Both the position numbers and the translations under genes were made by a program. 64,000 nucleotides of DNA from Eledone cirrhosa (Eukaryota): the NCBI GenBank assembly GCA_964016885.1, contig OZ024743.1, positions 327,298,001 to 327,362,000 of the forward strand, written 5' to 3'. Positions 61,923-64,000 of this stretch are shown piece by piece (position 1 is the stretch's first letter; each line of letters starts with the position of its first letter). Under the pieces are notes generated by a model, which searched no databases, was not told the origin of the DNA, and worked only from the letters and a program-made list of their open reading frames with translations.

Positions 61923-63157
61923 TATATATATATATATGAAATAAGCCAATGGTTAGTCCCTCTATATGTATGTATACACACACATATATAATATAATATC
62001 TATACTCTAATCTCTTTAAGTATGAAGAACTAAATTGAATAATGGTCATACTAGTCTTAATTAGTAACCCATTTCTCTCTGTTCTCTCTCTTTATGTGTG
62101 TGTGTGTTGGAATTGTTGATTTTTTAAATTATGAATAACAACAAACATTTGGAAGACTCGTTACTAGCAGTAGTCTCAAATTTATTATACATCTTGAATT
62201 AACTGGTAATGTGTTCAAGTTTGATCTTTTTATTCAGAATTTTTATTATTTATTTTAATAGTTCTTGATGTTTGGTTTGGAACAATAACATTTGAAAATG
62301 CCCCTAGTTCTACAATTCTATTTAAGAAACTTCATTATGTTCCAAACACCAACATAATAATGAGAAAGTTAGTCCCTTCAAATTCTTGATTATTTTCAAA
62401 AGGATTAAAAATTCATAAGTAATGTCTTTCATTAGAAATATGGAAATGAAAGAGTAAATGTTTTAACATCTTCATCAGCCACATTTTCATGATGATGGTA
62501 GTAATGGCATGTTGTTCATATACTTTTCAGTAGTTGCAAAGGATCATGGGAGCACTAGTAACATTTAAAAAAATTATTCAAACAATTAAAACCTGATTAA
62601 TTTCATAGTTAATTTCACTCATGCTATATATGTGCATTGATTGATTTTTTTTTTGTTTTTATTTTGGTATGTATCATACTGCCTCCATAGATACTTTCCT
62701 TATTTTATGTGGGATTCTATATAGAATTATAGTATTATTTACTAATGTTTTTTTAAATATTTCCTTACACAACTTTACCTTACAAAATACAACAAGCCTA
62801 AACTAGCCAAAAACACAATACACAAAACACAATAATCCAGTTAAGTAAAAATCACAACAGAAAAACCCTTTATACAAAAGATCTTTCAACTGGGATCTTA
62901 GTCCACACCTATCAAAGGCATAATACAATGTATCTAATTTTTCATAATATAATCATTCACAAGAATTAAATACAACAAACCTAAATTAGCCAAAAACACA
63001 ACGCACAAAATCCAATTACTCAAATAAATAAATGATAAAGTGTCATACTTGTGTAGCTACTGTTGCAACAATTAGTTGATAATACTACAATTCTATATAG
63101 GATCAAATATGTTTGAGAGAAAAGCTATTCCTTATTGACACATACACATACACACAC

Positions 63158-63239
<82 letters not shown>

Positions 63240-63419
63240 TTATAGAGATATAATTTACACATACACACACACACATGCATATATATATATATATACACAT
63301 ATATGCTTTGATACATATACAAATAATTATATACATACATATATATGCATAAATATATATACATATATTTATATTTATATGCACACATATATATGTACAC
63401 GTACATACATACATACATC

Positions 63420-63800
63420 CTGAATGAATGGTGACTTCTTCGCTTGTGAAGATCAGTGGAAGAATTGATGACCTGTTCTATGTGCTGACACACCCTGAGG
63501 TGGCTATAGAGCCAATCCTTGACCTGCAGGCTCTGGTACAGTTGAAGCTGTCTCAGCATCAGTATGCTCTCAAAGCTTGTGATATCAGCCCTCTTGAAGA
63601 CTTCCTCGTTTGTTACATAGTCCTGCCAATGGATGCACATGATGGAGTGAAGGCATCACTAATTGAATCTTTCCAGTAGCTTGAGCTGCATCTTGTACAG
63701 GACTCTGCTTTCATCTCTGTAGAGGATGGTAGTGATTACAAGAGCTCTGTAGACTCTGATCTTAGTGGTGAGGTGTAGAGAGTGGTTCTGCCACATGCAT
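63420..63800 (-). mobile_element. RTE-BovB-like LINE 3' fragment
   Basis: [34 protein letters not shown]. Confidence 0.85.
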
Positions 63801-63806
63801 TTCTGC

Positions 63807-63960
63807 ATACATACATACACACATACCCACATACATACATACACACATACCCACATACATACATACACACATACCCACATACATACATACACACATACCC
63901 ACATACATACATACCCACATACATACATACACACATACCCACATACATACATGTATGTAT
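63807..63960. repeat. Compound (CATA)n/(CA)n microsatellite with ~24-bp higher-order period
   Basis: Repeated catacatacatacacacataccca. Confidence 0.95.
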
Positions 63961-64000
63961 TGTCCCGTAACTCCTGATAGAGTCATATGGGTGCCGTATT

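Overview
AT-rich, microsatellite-rich eukaryotic DNA. The SINE/LINE families resemble those I know from octopod cephalopods (inference, not searched). About two thirds of the window is decayed mobile DNA: RTE and BovB-like LINEs, R4/Dong, HERO and CRE restriction-like-endonuclease LINEs, an L1/Tx1-like LINE, a Naiad-type Penelope-like element (PLE), a mariner, non-autonomous Helitrons, piggyBac- and hAT-type MITEs and several tRNA-derived SINE families. One host gene is supportable on the minus strand. Exon 22256-21990 encodes a type II transmembrane N-terminus. It can splice in phase over about 21.6 kb to a 43-nt exon (392-350) encoding the furin-like site SVRRAKR, an ectodysplasin/TNF- or transmembrane-collagen-like layout; the gene runs off the left edge. 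The most unusual signal is a set of hammerhead-ribozyme-like motifs. Two are minimal PLE-type motifs. Two lie inside long palindromes (42687-43062 and 53448-53863) with a greatly extended stem II. All calls come from reading the sequence by eye; no searches or folding programs were run, and boundaries of decayed elements are approximate.
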